This document shows positions 49,561 to 60,603 of a stretch of DNA of 60,880 nt, piece after piece. Both the position numbers and the translations under genes were made by a program. The notes under the pieces are model-generated. The model made no database searches and was not told where the DNA came from. It worked only from the letters and a program-made list of their open reading frames with translations. The first letter of the stretch is position 1; every line of letters begins with the position of its first letter. The stretch lies in IMG/VR virus record IMGVR_UViG_3300020392_000016, positions 1-60,880 of that record, one strand, 5' to 3'. The DNA is from a virus (Duplodnaviria; Caudoviricetes).

Positions 49561-50160
49561 ATGACACAAGAACAAGAAACTATCGAACAAACAAAACCTA
49601 AAATGTATGTTTGGTCAAGGACTGAACGTGCTGGAGACATTGTAACTGTAGATACTACTGATGGTGATTTCACTATATTTACAGATGGTACTAGAATTAA
49701 TTCTAGTTTGATGAATGAGTTTTTAATGGAGGCTGCAAATGATGCACAAGCAGCTGCTATTGCACAACCATTCGTAGACGTTGAAGAGTCAAAAGGACTC
49801 TCAGATATTAAAGAACCACAGAGAGATCCAGACCCAGTAGAAACTGGAACAGTTAACGTGATGTTAGAGATGCTAAGAAAGATTAGCGCTAAGAATACTC
49901 TAACAATGCCTATCGAATTAAATTTACCTTCCAATGAAGTATATTCACTATTTAAAGATCAGATGGATGTTACAGAAGAAGAGTTAAATGACCACATATT
50001 AGAGCTCGTACTGAGCCAGATAGATAACTTACAAGAACAATTAAAGCCTCAGGCAAAAGAATTTATTAACGATTACTACAATGGCAGAACAACAAAAAAG
50101 CGTGTCAATAGAAAAGACACAGGAAGCTCCGCAAACACCGGGCCCGATATTACTTACTAG
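49561..50160 (+). CDS. Hypothetical protein
   Basis: Start moved to ATG 49561, after an A-rich leader. Confidence 0.55.
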   Translation: MTQEQETIEQTKPKMYVWSRTERAGDIVTVDTTDGDFTIFTDGTRINSSLMNEFLMEAANDAQAAAIAQPFVDVEESKGLSDIKEPQRDPDPVETGTVNVMLEMLRKISAKNTLTMPIELNLPSNEVYSLFKDQMDVTEEELNDHILELVLSQIDNLQEQLKPQAKEFINDYYNGRTTKKRVNRKDTGSSANTGPDITY

Positions 50161-50512
50161 AAGACAGAGAAGATTTTACCTAAAGCAACAAGGTGCTTTA
50201 AAGTATATGAAATCTTTGAGCTTTAATGATAAAGCAGAGCTAAGAAGACAGAATATAGAGAACGGTAGAAAGTTACATCAACAACATCTGGATATTATTG
50301 AAAAAAGAAATCATGAGATGTTAGAAGAAAAGTTAGTTTCTCTAAAAGAAAGTTGGACTGCTATCGGTTACAATAAAGAAGAGCAAGATAAATTAGAAGA
50401 GGCTTGGGCTTTAGGTGTTGTAAAAGATAAAGAAACTTATAGAGCTGACAGAAAGAAAGCTAAAGCCTTATATAAAGAAGTGAATGCTTCTTTTCAGGCT
50501 AGAAAAAAGTAA
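50081..50512 (+). CDS. Hypothetical protein
   Basis: 143 aa, TRRQRR basic motif. Confidence 0.55.
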   Translation: MAEQQKSVSIEKTQEAPQTPGPILLTRRQRRFYLKQQGALKYMKSLSFNDKAELRRQNIENGRKLHQQHLDIIEKRNHEMLEEKLVSLKESWTAIGYNKEEQDKLEEAWALGVVKDKETYRADRKKAKALYKEVNASFQARKK

Positions 50513-50518
50513 AACAGA

Positions 50519-50842
50519 ATGATTACGATTTCAATAGAACCAGCTGACAACGGTGTTGTCAAATTTTTGATTGATGATAATGTCAATGGTGGAGGTGAAG
50601 AATATACTTCCAGAATTGTATATGAATTTGAAGGCATCGCTGGTAGAGCTAATCAGATTAAATTTTTAAAAGATCTTGTTTTAGACTTAGGTCTATCGAC
50701 AGGCTCTGATTTAGATAAAGACAAAATCGTAATTAAATCTGAGTGGGGAACACAGTATGTTCCTAATGAAGCAGAAATTAAAAACAGGATCTCACAATTA
50801 GAAAAAGAATTAAAAAGGTTGAGGTCTAAAGACAAGAAATGA
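50519..50842 (+). CDS. Hypothetical protein
   Basis: 107 aa with C-terminal coiled coil. Confidence 0.55.
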   Translation: MITISIEPADNGVVKFLIDDNVNGGGEEYTSRIVYEFEGIAGRANQIKFLKDLVLDLGLSTGSDLDKDKIVIKSEWGTQYVPNEAEIKNRISQLEKELKRLRSKDKK

Positions 50843-51234
50843 CACTACAAATAGAAGGTGTTTGGTGTAAAACTAGGACTGAGTTTGAGAAATTAGCTAA
50901 GTCTGGTGATTATGATTTGACTATATCCTATTTTGATATTGTAAATAGATTAGTCAAGAGTGACCCTTATAGCAAGGAACCATCAGATGTTATTGTTTCT
51001 CTTTATATTAGAAAGCTAATACAAAAGCTAATTACTGATAGAGAAGGAGAAGCTAAATTGCTTTACATGTTTAAAAACTTAGATGGCCCTGCCGTACTAA
51101 ATTTTAAACATTTTATCGCAGATCTGACTGGAGATCCATTTAATCTAGATTTAATTATTATCAACAGATGTGACTATCCTAAAAGGGGAGTGCTCAGTAA
51201 ATTTGATAATGTTAGATTTATAGACCATGATTAA
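50839..51234 (+). CDS. Hypothetical protein
   Basis: 131 aa coupled ORF. Confidence 0.55.
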   Translation: MTLQIEGVWCKTRTEFEKLAKSGDYDLTISYFDIVNRLVKSDPYSKEPSDVIVSLYIRKLIQKLITDREGEAKLLYMFKNLDGPAVLNFKHFIADLTGDPFNLDLIIINRCDYPKRGVLSKFDNVRFIDHD

Positions 51235-51823
51235 ACATAAAGTATTTACTAAAGGTGAATATGTACAAGCTTTAATATCAACTACACAAAACCCTAATGT
51301 ACTTATTCCAGTTCGAGCCCTAATTTACGACGTCAAGTTTGATGATGTAAACCCTAGGTATCAAATACGTATAAAAAAGTTCTATGACAATATAGTCTTT
51401 TTAAAAGCATACTTATTTGGTGGTAGGTTTATCAGAGACTTTGATGGTAAAGAAACTCGTATTAATCTAAAAAGACAAGAATATAAAACTGTCAAAAATT
51501 TAGAAGATAAAGTTTTTGATGGCGAGAAATGGAAGCAATATCTTATTACCGTTGACTCTGTATTTTGCGTAAAGACCAGAGGAGAGCAGGTAGAACTATT
51601 CAATAAGATACAAGATTTTCAAACAGAAGTAGCCTTAAAACAAGTCTACGAGCTCACAAATAGGTCTGTATATACAGGTCAATACAATTTTCATAGCAAA
51701 GGTGAGTATATTAAAGCACTTCAAAAGTTTTTAGGAGATAGATACCCTAAGGACAAAGATTGGGCAGATACTATTCTATATCGACCTAATCATGATGAAT
51801 TAGACCGCGGTGAGTGGGTCTAA
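51227..51823 (+). CDS. Hypothetical protein
   Basis: 198 aa coupled ORF. Confidence 0.55.
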   Translation: MIKHKVFTKGEYVQALISTTQNPNVLIPVRALIYDVKFDDVNPRYQIRIKKFYDNIVFLKAYLFGGRFIRDFDGKETRINLKRQEYKTVKNLEDKVFDGEKWKQYLITVDSVFCVKTRGEQVELFNKIQDFQTEVALKQVYELTNRSVYTGQYNFHSKGEYIKALQKFLGDRYPKDKDWADTILYRPNHDELDRGEWV

Positions 51824-51878
51824 AACATAATATCCTGATATATAGTCAGATATATAATAAAAACAAATAGGCTTTTAC

Positions 51879-53687
51879 ATGGGATTAGGTTTAGACGGTG
51901 TTTTAAGTGGTGCTCCACCTAAATTTGTATACACAGACGCAGAAACAGGCGACAAGACAGTTAGTAATGTACCTTTAGATGAGAATGGTAATGCTGTAGT
52001 TCCTGCTTCAGATAATCAATCTGCACAGAATAATTCTGATAATGCTGCTCTAGGTGCAGACCAAGAAGAGCCAAAACAGGTTGTTACAATAGGAAATACT
52101 GGTACTATATTTGAAGATCCATCAGGTACAGATAGTAAAGAACCAGATGGTATTTATGGTAACTCAGCTCTTAAATCTAGATCCTATGAAGTTGAAGAAG
52201 AAAAGATTCCAGGTGTAGATTCAGTTAGATCAAAGGCTAATCCATGGGTATTAATGAATTATAGAAACTATGCTGGTGGTACGGCATATAGTAACCCTAA
52301 ATACAAAGACTATAATAAGACTGTAATTCAAAACAATAAAGACAATATCTTAAACCCAACTGCTAAACGTATTGTAGAGTATTCTAATAATAACGGTGGT
52401 TTAGGTTTTGCATATTCATATAGAGATTTTATTCAAACAGAGTATTATGGTCAAATATCAAATGAATATCTTATTACTTTAAGAAGATTCGCATTTCCAG
52501 TAGGTGATGATATTATGAACACTAAAGGTGTTGATGATAAAGGTAAAGAATTTGATAGATCCGAACCTGATTTAGCTAGAGCTATTACATGGTTATCTCC
52601 TGCATTAGAAAATAACCTAACAGAAATTTTATCTTTCGGTACTGGTTTTGGATGGCAAGATATTGAGTCTAAAGTACAAGAGGCTTCAACAGCAGGTACA
52701 GAGACAAGAAGAGGTACATTAGGTGCATTAATTGAGAGCTCTCCAGCAGGAAAAGCAGTAGAAGCTGGTATTAATGGTTACTCTGCAGCACAAGCTGATA
52801 GAATTAGTACAAAGGGACATGGTTTCGATCCACTAAGTTCAACATACCCTAACTTTGTATATGGACCATACAATGCAATTAAGCAGGTAAAAGCAAGAGA
52901 TGAGAAAGGACTTAAGTTTGATAATAAATTTACTCTAAACTTCTGTTATGATTTAAGAGGTTTTGATAATACATCGCCAAAAGTAGTATTCATGGACGTA
53001 CTGTCGAATCTACTAGCGATTACATATAACAATGCTCCATTCTGGGGAGGTGCTACTAGATACACAGGTACTGGTTCTACTGGTAAACCATTTGGAGACT
53101 TTGATAAATTAAAGAACGGTGACTATGCTGGTTATCTAGGTTCGGTTGCTACGCAATTAAAATCTTCGGTTACAGCTGGTTTCAACGATATTGGTAAAGC
53201 AGTAACAGGTCTAGTAAATGGTAAAGGTGTAAATGCACTCGGTGACTCTAAGATCTTAGATAACTTAATCGGTGGTAACTTAATGAAATTAATGGGCTCA
53301 CCAGCTGGTGGTGATGTTATTCAAGCATTCTTAACCGGTGACCCAACAGGACAATGGCACCTAACAGTAGGTAATCCAATGAACCCAATGTTAGTATGTG
53401 GTAACCTATGTTTAATAAATGCATCATTTAAGTTTGAAGGTCCAATCGGTTACGAGGGCTTTCCTAGTAAATTAAAAATGACAGTGGAATTAGAGCCAGG
53501 TAGACCTAGAGATAAATCAGAGATTGAGTCTATGTTTAACGCTGGTAGAGGTAGATTCTACTTACAACCAGAAGTTGAAGGTAAATCTCTAGATGATGTA
53601 TTAGATATATCACAATATGGAAATAAAGATCGCGCAAGGTTAACTGGTGATAGAGCACTACGTAACTCTGACTACTCGGCAGGATAA
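51879..53687 (+). CDS. Putative baseplate / tail-tube initiator protein
   Basis: Late-like promoter; C-terminal WHLTVGNP..P....GNL...FP..LK.TVEL..GRPRD; baseplate context. Confidence 0.45.
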   Translation: MGLGLDGVLSGAPPKFVYTDAETGDKTVSNVPLDENGNAVVPASDNQSAQNNSDNAALGADQEEPKQVVTIGNTGTIFEDPSGTDSKEPDGIYGNSALKSRSYEVEEEKIPGVDSVRSKANPWVLMNYRNYAGGTAYSNPKYKDYNKTVIQNNKDNILNPTAKRIVEYSNNNGGLGFAYSYRDFIQTEYYGQISNEYLITLRRFAFPVGDDIMNTKGVDDKGKEFDRSEPDLARAITWLSPALENNLTEILSFGTGFGWQDIESKVQEASTAGTETRRGTLGALIESSPAGKAVEAGINGYSAAQADRISTKGHGFDPLSSTYPNFVYGPYNAIKQVKARDEKGLKFDNKFTLNFCYDLRGFDNTSPKVVFMDVLSNLLAITYNNAPFWGGATRYTGTGSTGKPFGDFDKLKNGDYAGYLGSVATQLKSSVTAGFNDIGKAVTGLVNGKGVNALGDSKILDNLIGGNLMKLMGSPAGGDVIQAFLTGDPTGQWHLTVGNPMNPMLVCGNLCLINASFKFEGPIGYEGFPSKLKMTVELEPGRPRDKSEIESMFNAGRGRFYLQPEVEGKSLDDVLDISQYGNKDRARLTGDRALRNSDYSAG

Positions 53688-53688
53688 T

Positions 53689-54486
53689 ATGAATTTTAGA
53701 ACACTATTAAATAAGACCGCAGATGCTATTAAGCAGCATTTAACTCAGCCTACTATGGTATTCACCAATAAGGAGGAGCAGACTGGTGTGATTCAGCATA
53801 TAGTTAGAGAAGACGATGTACTTAGACCAGATCTAATTGCATTAGAATACTACAACGACCATACTAAAACTGATATTATCTTAAAGTTTAATGGTATATC
53901 AGATCCTTTTAGTCTACAAGAAGGCGATGTACTCGACATACCTAATTCTGGTATTGCGTTTCATAAGTTAGAGAGACCAGAAGGTATGCAAGAGGATAAT
54001 CCTATCAAGAATCAATTCTTACAGGACAAGAGATTACCTAAGAAAGATGATAGAAGATTAGATGCTCTTAAGAAGAAATATAACAAAGATGTATTACTAC
54101 CACCTAACGTAATACCTCTAGGAAAAAAGAACTTTAAATTTGACAAAGGTCTGGTTACTTTTGGTGCACAGGCCCAGAATGCTGAAGTTAACGATCCAGT
54201 CGTACAAGAAGTGTTAGATGATTTTGTAGATGTAACTGCAGAACCAATAGCTGAAGTTGTACCAGATTCTCCAGTAGGTACTGGTGGAGGTAGAGGTGAA
54301 TTAACTGAAACTCAATTAGATAAACTATTAGCATCTGGTGTAGGTGCAGGCAAGACTAGTTCTGATTCAGGAGCTGGCTCTGGTCTAACTGCTACAGAAA
54401 CTGCAACTAATAAAGGTTCTGGCGATGCACCTCAAAGTACTAATGACGCTAGTGGAGTATCTAACGACGGTGCACCTTGTAAGTAA
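53689..54486 (+). CDS. LysM-like baseplate wedge protein (T4 gp53/P2 gpX-like)
   Basis: HIV......RPDLIALEYY......ILKFNGI.DPF.L.EG.VL.IP; start moved to ATG 53689. Confidence 0.65.
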   Translation: MNFRTLLNKTADAIKQHLTQPTMVFTNKEEQTGVIQHIVREDDVLRPDLIALEYYNDHTKTDIILKFNGISDPFSLQEGDVLDIPNSGIAFHKLERPEGMQEDNPIKNQFLQDKRLPKKDDRRLDALKKKYNKDVLLPPNVIPLGKKNFKFDKGLVTFGAQAQNAEVNDPVVQEVLDDFVDVTAEPIAEVVPDSPVGTGGGRGELTETQLDKLLASGVGAGKTSSDSGAGSGLTATETATNKGSGDAPQSTNDASGVSNDGAPCK

Positions 54487-54499
54487 TTAAGATTAAGAA

Positions 54500-55987
54500 A
54501 TGACAATAGACAATCATATATTAGCGGTTGTAGAGCCGGCGATACTTCCAACCGAGATTAAGATGCAGGCTCTAGGAGAAGACCAAGGAGATAATGTTGA
54601 TAAACAAACCAAAGAGATTGGTGCGTTCGAACCATTCATTCTATGTAACGGTGTACAGATTAATATCAATAAGTTGATTTCTTTCGACCTTGAATTAAGT
54701 GCTGTATTACCTAGATGTGTAGTTGAGTTTCAAGATGCTTCATTTGAAGTAGACTCAATGCCTAGAGACGGAGACTTCTTTACTATATTACTTAATTCAA
54801 AACATCAAGAGACTTTTAAGTCAGTTCACATGGACTTCGATATTACTGAAGTTTCTAATGATACTACAGACGGTACGATTAGTCTAGAAGGTATTTGTAA
54901 GATTCCAAGAATGTTTAAAGAAGATTGTCAAGTATATGACTCTGATACTTCGTTAGCTCATTTAGAAAAAGTTGCTAGAGATTTAGAAATAGGTTTGGCT
55001 ACTAATATAGATTCAACCGATGACGCTCAATCTAGAATACAAGCCTACGAGACCTATAATGATTTTATTAAGTCTATTGTAGACGACAGTTACATATCCG
55101 ATGATGGTTTTGCTAAATACTGTATTGACCAATACTATTATCTTAATTATGTAGATGTCAATAAGATACTTAATTCCCCTAATCCAAAATTAGATGAAGT
55201 TACTAAAGCTCTAACTGCTTTTGCAAAATCTGAAGCTGTAAAGAGACAAGCTGAAGATAAAACAGATTCAGATAATATAGAAGTACCTTTAATGTTAACT
55301 AATCACAGCGAGCTAAGAGGTTTAAGCTGTCACGTTATGAGTCATTCACTAATAAACAACTCTAGTAAAATTAGTTTGACAAATGGCCAGAGTAGAAATG
55401 TACAAATATATGATAATAACTCAGATAAAGGTGAGAGATTTCAAGAGTTTACAATTGAACCTCTAGCCACTGAAGAATTAACTGAATTAGAAGAGCCACT
55501 AAGAGGTAATAGAAAAGACGAGAGATACAAAGACCAAGTTAAATTCAAATACATGGGAAGGCAGAATGCAGGTGACGATGGACTAGGTAATACTCATGCT
55601 AATGCTTGTTTTACAAAATTACATAGAGCACAGAATGAAGCTGAGGTTAATAAGATGAAACTAAAAGTTGTATGTTCTGGTTTTAACTCAGCAATCTATA
55701 AGTTTTGTAAAGTACCAGTATTAATGTATCACTATAATGGTGAGATGATTGAAGCTGAACAAATGGCAGATCACTTTAGAGAAGAAGCTGGTCTAACTGA
55801 AAGACCAATGAAAGCTGGTAAACCAGAAGTAGATCCGAATGAAGTAACTCAAATGATGGATAAATTTCTATCAGGCTTCTATGTTGTAGAGAATATCGAC
55901 TATGAATATGACATAGACGAGGGTATAAAAACTATAGTAACGTTAATGAGAAGAGAATGGCCAAGTCGTTCTAGAAACCTAACGTAA
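54500..55987 (+). CDS. Putative baseplate hub protein (gp27/gpD-like)
   Basis: C-terminal LSGFYVV.NI.Y......T...L.RREW; position between the LysM-like and spike genes. Confidence 0.55.
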   Translation: MTIDNHILAVVEPAILPTEIKMQALGEDQGDNVDKQTKEIGAFEPFILCNGVQININKLISFDLELSAVLPRCVVEFQDASFEVDSMPRDGDFFTILLNSKHQETFKSVHMDFDITEVSNDTTDGTISLEGICKIPRMFKEDCQVYDSDTSLAHLEKVARDLEIGLATNIDSTDDAQSRIQAYETYNDFIKSIVDDSYISDDGFAKYCIDQYYYLNYVDVNKILNSPNPKLDEVTKALTAFAKSEAVKRQAEDKTDSDNIEVPLMLTNHSELRGLSCHVMSHSLINNSSKISLTNGQSRNVQIYDNNSDKGERFQEFTIEPLATEELTELEEPLRGNRKDERYKDQVKFKYMGRQNAGDDGLGNTHANACFTKLHRAQNEAEVNKMKLKVVCSGFNSAIYKFCKVPVLMYHYNGEMIEAEQMADHFREEAGLTERPMKAGKPEVDPNEVTQMMDKFLSGFYVVENIDYEYDIDEGIKTIVTLMRREWPSRSRNLT

Positions 55988-56007
55988 AAAATTGAGATAG
56001 ATAATCT

Positions 56008-57408
56008 ATGGCAGACTTAGATTTTAAAAGTAGGAATGAGTTTCGAAAAGGCATGAGACTACGTAGGATTGATGAAGATCCAACGTATTTAAGTTTTATG
56101 TTTCTTTTTCATTACAATGACCACGGTGATGTGGGTCACTCTCCCCTACTCGATGGTACGGCAGAGAGGTATCTGAGAAATGTTGTTAGAGATGATGTAG
56201 GTGCTAAATATGCAGACAACCTAAAGAACTTCGTTAGAGTTTTAAGAAGAGTCAATCAAGAGATGCCATGGTTTTGGACAGAACTAAAAGGTATTGAAAA
56301 GTGTTTGAACTATAATATGTTAGAACCTTATAGAGGTGCTGAAGATGCTACAATAGAAATAGGTTGTCTAGAAGAGAATGTTGAGTTAACAGCAATTGGT
56401 CTAATGGACTTATATAAAAGAGCTTGTTATGACTTTGAGAGATATGTAGAAGTAGTTCCAAAGAACTTAAGAGAATTCTCAATGGATGTTATCATATCCG
56501 AAGTTAGAGTATTTCAAAAAGATACCAATGCTAGAAACCTAGGTCTTTTTGATGGTGAGTCACAGTTATCAGGTAATGAAAATCAATCTAGTGAACCTGC
56601 TGAGAAAGTAACTGTTTTTGATACACAGTTAACAAATAAAGATTTTAATTCTGCAGATGTAACTCCTTTTATTAGATTAAGATTTACACACTGTCAATTT
56701 GATATGAATTCTATTGCAGATTATTTTGCAGATTTATCTAAAAACCCAGAACTCAAGAGACCTTCAATTAAAATTAATTGGGGTACATGTAGACAAATAG
56801 ACCAAAAGCTAGGTGCTAATCTATTTAAAGAGACTGCAGATAGTAGTAAGAATAAAACACCTCTTGAAGAAGCTGCTGAAGAGGGTAACCTAAAAGACGG
56901 TGCTGGTCTAAGTACTAAAGACAAATACTTGAAAGCACTTAGAGGTAGAACAATCGGTAAAGTTGAAGGTGCTTTAAGTAAGTTTAAGGATGCTGTTCAA
57001 GCTCAAAAAGAAAGTATTGCTAATTCATTTGCTAATCCAGATCAACCTGGTCTAGTTAATAATTTATTAGACAGAGTAGAAGATGACTTAATAGGTGGTT
57101 TATTATTGGGTAATGTACATGGCTTAGGAGGTACAATAAACAATATCGATACTGCGATTAAAACAGGTAGCTTAAATGCAATTGGAAACCTAGTTGGAGA
57201 CTTAGTAGGTAAAGGTGCTTCTGCACCAGATGGCTTTGGTCTAGGTAACGTTGGAGGTACAGGTGTAGACTCTACTCCAGATGGTGGTAACCTAGATAAA
57301 GTACATGATGAAATATCTGACGATCCTGGTATTCTAAAACCTGAAAATATACATGGTCAAACTGCCCCTGATACCGACGGGCCATTAAACGATAACGTAC
57401 ATGAATAA
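56008..57408 (+). CDS. Putative tail-tube-related / baseplate protein
   Basis: Baseplate context; late-like promoter 12 nt upstream. Confidence 0.4.
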   Translation: MADLDFKSRNEFRKGMRLRRIDEDPTYLSFMFLFHYNDHGDVGHSPLLDGTAERYLRNVVRDDVGAKYADNLKNFVRVLRRVNQEMPWFWTELKGIEKCLNYNMLEPYRGAEDATIEIGCLEENVELTAIGLMDLYKRACYDFERYVEVVPKNLREFSMDVIISEVRVFQKDTNARNLGLFDGESQLSGNENQSSEPAEKVTVFDTQLTNKDFNSADVTPFIRLRFTHCQFDMNSIADYFADLSKNPELKRPSIKINWGTCRQIDQKLGANLFKETADSSKNKTPLEEAAEEGNLKDGAGLSTKDKYLKALRGRTIGKVEGALSKFKDAVQAQKESIANSFANPDQPGLVNNLLDRVEDDLIGGLLLGNVHGLGGTINNIDTAIKTGSLNAIGNLVGDLVGKGASAPDGFGLGNVGGTGVDSTPDGGNLDKVHDEISDDPGILKPENIHGQTAPDTDGPLNDNVHE

Positions 57409-58117
57409 TAATGAACTTTACAGAGATAACTTACGAGAAACTCACTGGCTAGGTGAAGTGGTTATTAATGAAGACCCACTTCTACAAGGTAGGGTTCGAG
57501 TAAAAGTATTCGGCAAATTTGATAAATTACCAGACGACCAGATTCCATGGGCAACTCCTATGAACAGAGATCAGGTTGGTGCTCATGCAGTACCTAGAAT
57601 TGGTGATATTGTTGCAGTTAGATTTGACAATGGTAACATATATCATCCAGAATACTGGTTCCAAGTAGATCAGAATGATGACCTAAAGGCAGATATTCTA
57701 GAAGCATCTGATAAACCACATGATGTTATCTCTTTAGTATATGACGCAGAACGTAATTTAAGAATTTATCATTCACCAGAAGATGGACTAGTAATTACAA
57801 GAGGTGAAGGTAAAAAAGAAAGACCTATGCTTCAAATAGACGAAGAGGGTTTCATTAAGATTTCAACTGGTGAGAAAGTATTCTTAGACTGTGGAGATAT
57901 ATTTGTATCTAATACAGGCGAACCTGGTGCAGATGAAACTGAACCAGCAGTAAGAGGTCAGTCTCTACAAGATTGGCTACAAGCACTATTAGATGATTAT
58001 CAAGCTCATATTCATCCAACTGGTGTTGGACCGACTGGTCCTCCAATGCCACCAACTCCTGTAGTGGTGGGTAAATTATCTAGCACACATATTAACTACC
58101 AACAAAGAAACAAATAA
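57401..58117 (+). CDS. Baseplate central spike (gp5/gpV OB-fold)
   Basis: GEVV...DP...GRVRV.VFG.......IPWA.P, VP.IGD.V.V.F..G....P, C-terminal HIH..G.GPT.PP. Confidence 0.8.
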   Translation: MNNNELYRDNLRETHWLGEVVINEDPLLQGRVRVKVFGKFDKLPDDQIPWATPMNRDQVGAHAVPRIGDIVAVRFDNGNIYHPEYWFQVDQNDDLKADILEASDKPHDVISLVYDAERNLRIYHSPEDGLVITRGEGKKERPMLQIDEEGFIKISTGEKVFLDCGDIFVSNTGEPGADETEPAVRGQSLQDWLQALLDDYQAHIHPTGVGPTGPPMPPTPVVVGKLSSTHINYQQRNK

Positions 58118-58119
58118 CC

Positions 58120-60024
58120 ATGCCTGCACTTTGGCCTAAATTCATTCCTGATCTGGCAGACGATATTACAAGCCAGCAGTTTAAGAAACCAGGTGGAGCG
58201 GGTACCATGATTGGTATGCCAGTGCCTGCTGTAGGTGCTAATAATCAATTAGGTGAAACGGTGTCTGGTCAAAAATCTATTCTATCTGGTGGAATTACAG
58301 ATGTAGGTAATCCTGCTAACGCCGCACTTAAGACTAATCCTGCTACTATGATAAATGCAAATAATACTGCACCTAAGTCTGGTAGATATGATTTTGGTGT
58401 TAGAGTTGCAGAGAGATATATTGAAGCTGTAAAGAATAATGCACAAACTCATGTTGCAGAATTTCATGTCAATAATGGAGCAGCAGAACAAATACTAAAA
58501 GATGGTTATGGTTGGGCTTTTGAAAGACTATTAATGGAAGGTGATATACCACTACAAGATCAGTTCGATGAAGATGGTAACCTAACTGAAATGGGTAAAG
58601 AGTCTCATCCTGCTTATGCAGATTTCTGTCCGACTGAAGAAGAAACTGCTGGACCTGATTTAGAAGAGCTAAAGAAAAAGAATGATGAGGCTTTCGAGAA
58701 GTTTACTAAAGAGAGAAGACAGGAATATGACCTACATAAATTTAAGTTCTATCATTTTCCTTGTTTAAGTGGTGAAGAGTCTCAAGAAGAACTAGAAGTT
58801 ATCTTTGCTACTAGAATTCTAATGGGCTTTGAGTTTATGACTTCAAAAGCAGAGAAATGGAATTATTTTACATGGGCTTGCCACTTAGGTAAAGAGAACT
58901 ACGGCTCATCTAATAGTGCTTTTGATACTACTCAATATAAAAACATTAGCTCTAGAACTAGAAATGATATTGAAGATGCAGGTTATGACTATAAGCTATT
59001 AGCAGATAATGTATCTAAATATGTGAAAGATGCTATCATGGCAGCACATCCTAAATTAGAAACTGATTTCAATTCACTTGGTAATAACTCTACTTTAGAG
59101 CAGAGAATTAAAAGAGATGCTGTTAACCCGATTGAATTTCCAACTCTACAGAATTCAGATGGTGTGGATATTACACCAGACTTCTGTCCTATTAATCGTT
59201 ACAAGATTCAAGTTGCTTTTGATTTCGAAAACGACCCACCAGAGTTCTTGAGTCAAAGACCAAAGATTTTAACAGCTAATGTAGTGGCAACATTCACATA
59301 TTATCCTGGTAAAAGACAGGGTAACAGTGAGGGTTATGTTGTTAATAATGACGAAGGTAGATTCTCTTCGTCTGGACCAACTAACTCTAGATTTGAAAAG
59401 TCTACATCATGGGTAAGACAGAACTATGAGAAAGATGAATTTGAAAAGAAGTGGAGAAAGGTACCTAAGGCAAAATTACTAGCAGCATCTAAAGCTAATA
59501 ATCCAGAAGCAAAGTTTCTTGAGATTGACCCGAAACCACAAGGTACTCTATTTAAGTTTGAGTATCATAAAACAGTTTGTGCTAAAATAGCAGCAGAGAA
59601 ATGTGAAGAACCAATGGCTGAAGTCGCTCATCCATGGAGAGATAGCTATAAAGGTTATAGTGGAGACCCATATATGATGATGGCTAGAGTAACGATTGCA
59701 TACTGGTATGCTTGTCTTGTACAACCATTTAAGGCATCTCCATCTGCTCCTCCAGCTCTGATTGTACCACCTCTTGGCGGTATCTACATTCCAATTTATT
59801 ATGGAAGTGCAAATAGACTTGCAAATAATTTAAGAAGAGCTTGGAATACAGGTAAGTCTTTTAGTAAACTGCCTGCTAAACAACCTCCAGCGATTGCAGT
59901 AAGTACCGCAGTTGCAGGAGCATACGCGATACATTTATTAGAGTTTAAGCTTCTCTACCTTGGTGGTATTCCAACACCAGGAGGTCCCGTACCGATGGTA
60001 GGGTTTGTCCCGGTTGTATTTTAA
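58120..60024 (+). CDS. Hypothetical virion-associated protein
   Basis: 634 aa directly after the spike gene; Pro/Gly-rich C-terminus. Confidence 0.5.
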   Translation: MPALWPKFIPDLADDITSQQFKKPGGAGTMIGMPVPAVGANNQLGETVSGQKSILSGGITDVGNPANAALKTNPATMINANNTAPKSGRYDFGVRVAERYIEAVKNNAQTHVAEFHVNNGAAEQILKDGYGWAFERLLMEGDIPLQDQFDEDGNLTEMGKESHPAYADFCPTEEETAGPDLEELKKKNDEAFEKFTKERRQEYDLHKFKFYHFPCLSGEESQEELEVIFATRILMGFEFMTSKAEKWNYFTWACHLGKENYGSSNSAFDTTQYKNISSRTRNDIEDAGYDYKLLADNVSKYVKDAIMAAHPKLETDFNSLGNNSTLEQRIKRDAVNPIEFPTLQNSDGVDITPDFCPINRYKIQVAFDFENDPPEFLSQRPKILTANVVATFTYYPGKRQGNSEGYVVNNDEGRFSSSGPTNSRFEKSTSWVRQNYEKDEFEKKWRKVPKAKLLAASKANNPEAKFLEIDPKPQGTLFKFEYHKTVCAKIAAEKCEEPMAEVAHPWRDSYKGYSGDPYMMMARVTIAYWYACLVQPFKASPSAPPALIVPPLGGIYIPIYYGSANRLANNLRRAWNTGKSFSKLPAKQPPAIAVSTAVAGAYAIHLLEFKLLYLGGIPTPGGPVPMVGFVPVVF

Positions 60025-60042
60025 TGAAGGAGAGTGGATGCC

Positions 60043-60522
60043 TTAGGCAACCACTTCTACTAAAGTTATGTCTTCAAGAGAGTCTTTTAACTCTCCGTAA
60101 GCCGGATCTGCCCAAGACTTAGAACCGATAGATTTCCAGTGACTGTAATCCGCCATGTTAGGGAAAGTTGAGTGAATATCTCCAACAGTCAAGTTCTCAA
60201 TAACAGTCTTGTCGATGTGTAAGAATTTGTTACCTTTCATGTTAAGAACAGAAATATAAAAATCAGAACCAGGAAGTTGAATTTCAACATTGAAGAGTTT
60301 GTTCCTGTCGTATCTAAATAAGTTACAAAGATAACCTTCACCTGAGTTGATAGTTAAGAAACCAGCTACACATTTAGAGATGCTTCTGTATTTATACTTA
60401 GTTTTGTCCCAGTCTAAGCCAAGGTTTTTAACGTAGAATGTGTGGTTTTTACCCTTAATGTTCTGGTCGATTGAGAACGAAGTTCCAAGGGTTTCATTTG
60501 AATGTTTTTTAATATAAGCCAT
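60043..60522 (-). CDS. Hypothetical protein (putative early gene)
   Basis: 159 aa, directly downstream of repeat copy 5. Confidence 0.6.
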   Translation of the reverse strand: MAYIKKHSNETLGTSFSIDQNIKGKNHTFYVKNLGLDWDKTKYKYRSISKCVAGFLTINSGEGYLCNLFRYDRNKLFNVEIQLPGSDFYISVLNMKGNKFLHIDKTVIENLTVGDIHSTFPNMADYSHWKSIGSKSWADPAYGELKDSLEDITLVEVVA

Positions 60523-60537
60523 AGTTTTTGTGTTTGT

Positions 60538-60603
60538 TTTAATTACAGTACTAATATACGAAAAATATCTGACATAAAAAAATCTAGAGGCAATTATTTT
60601 GTA
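60538..60603 (-). repeat. About 65-bp intergenic repeat, copy 5
   Basis: Reverse complement reads CAAAATAATTGCCTCTAGATTTTTTTATGTCAGATATTTTTCGTATATTAGTACTGTAATTAAA. Confidence 0.85.

Noticed and set aside
25659-53688. Track start sites at 25659, 27443, 35073, 45754, 49489 and 53647
   Set aside because: They overlap upstream genes or promoter boxes; downstream ATGs (25686, 27488, 35091, 45814, 49561, 53689) fit the protein motifs better
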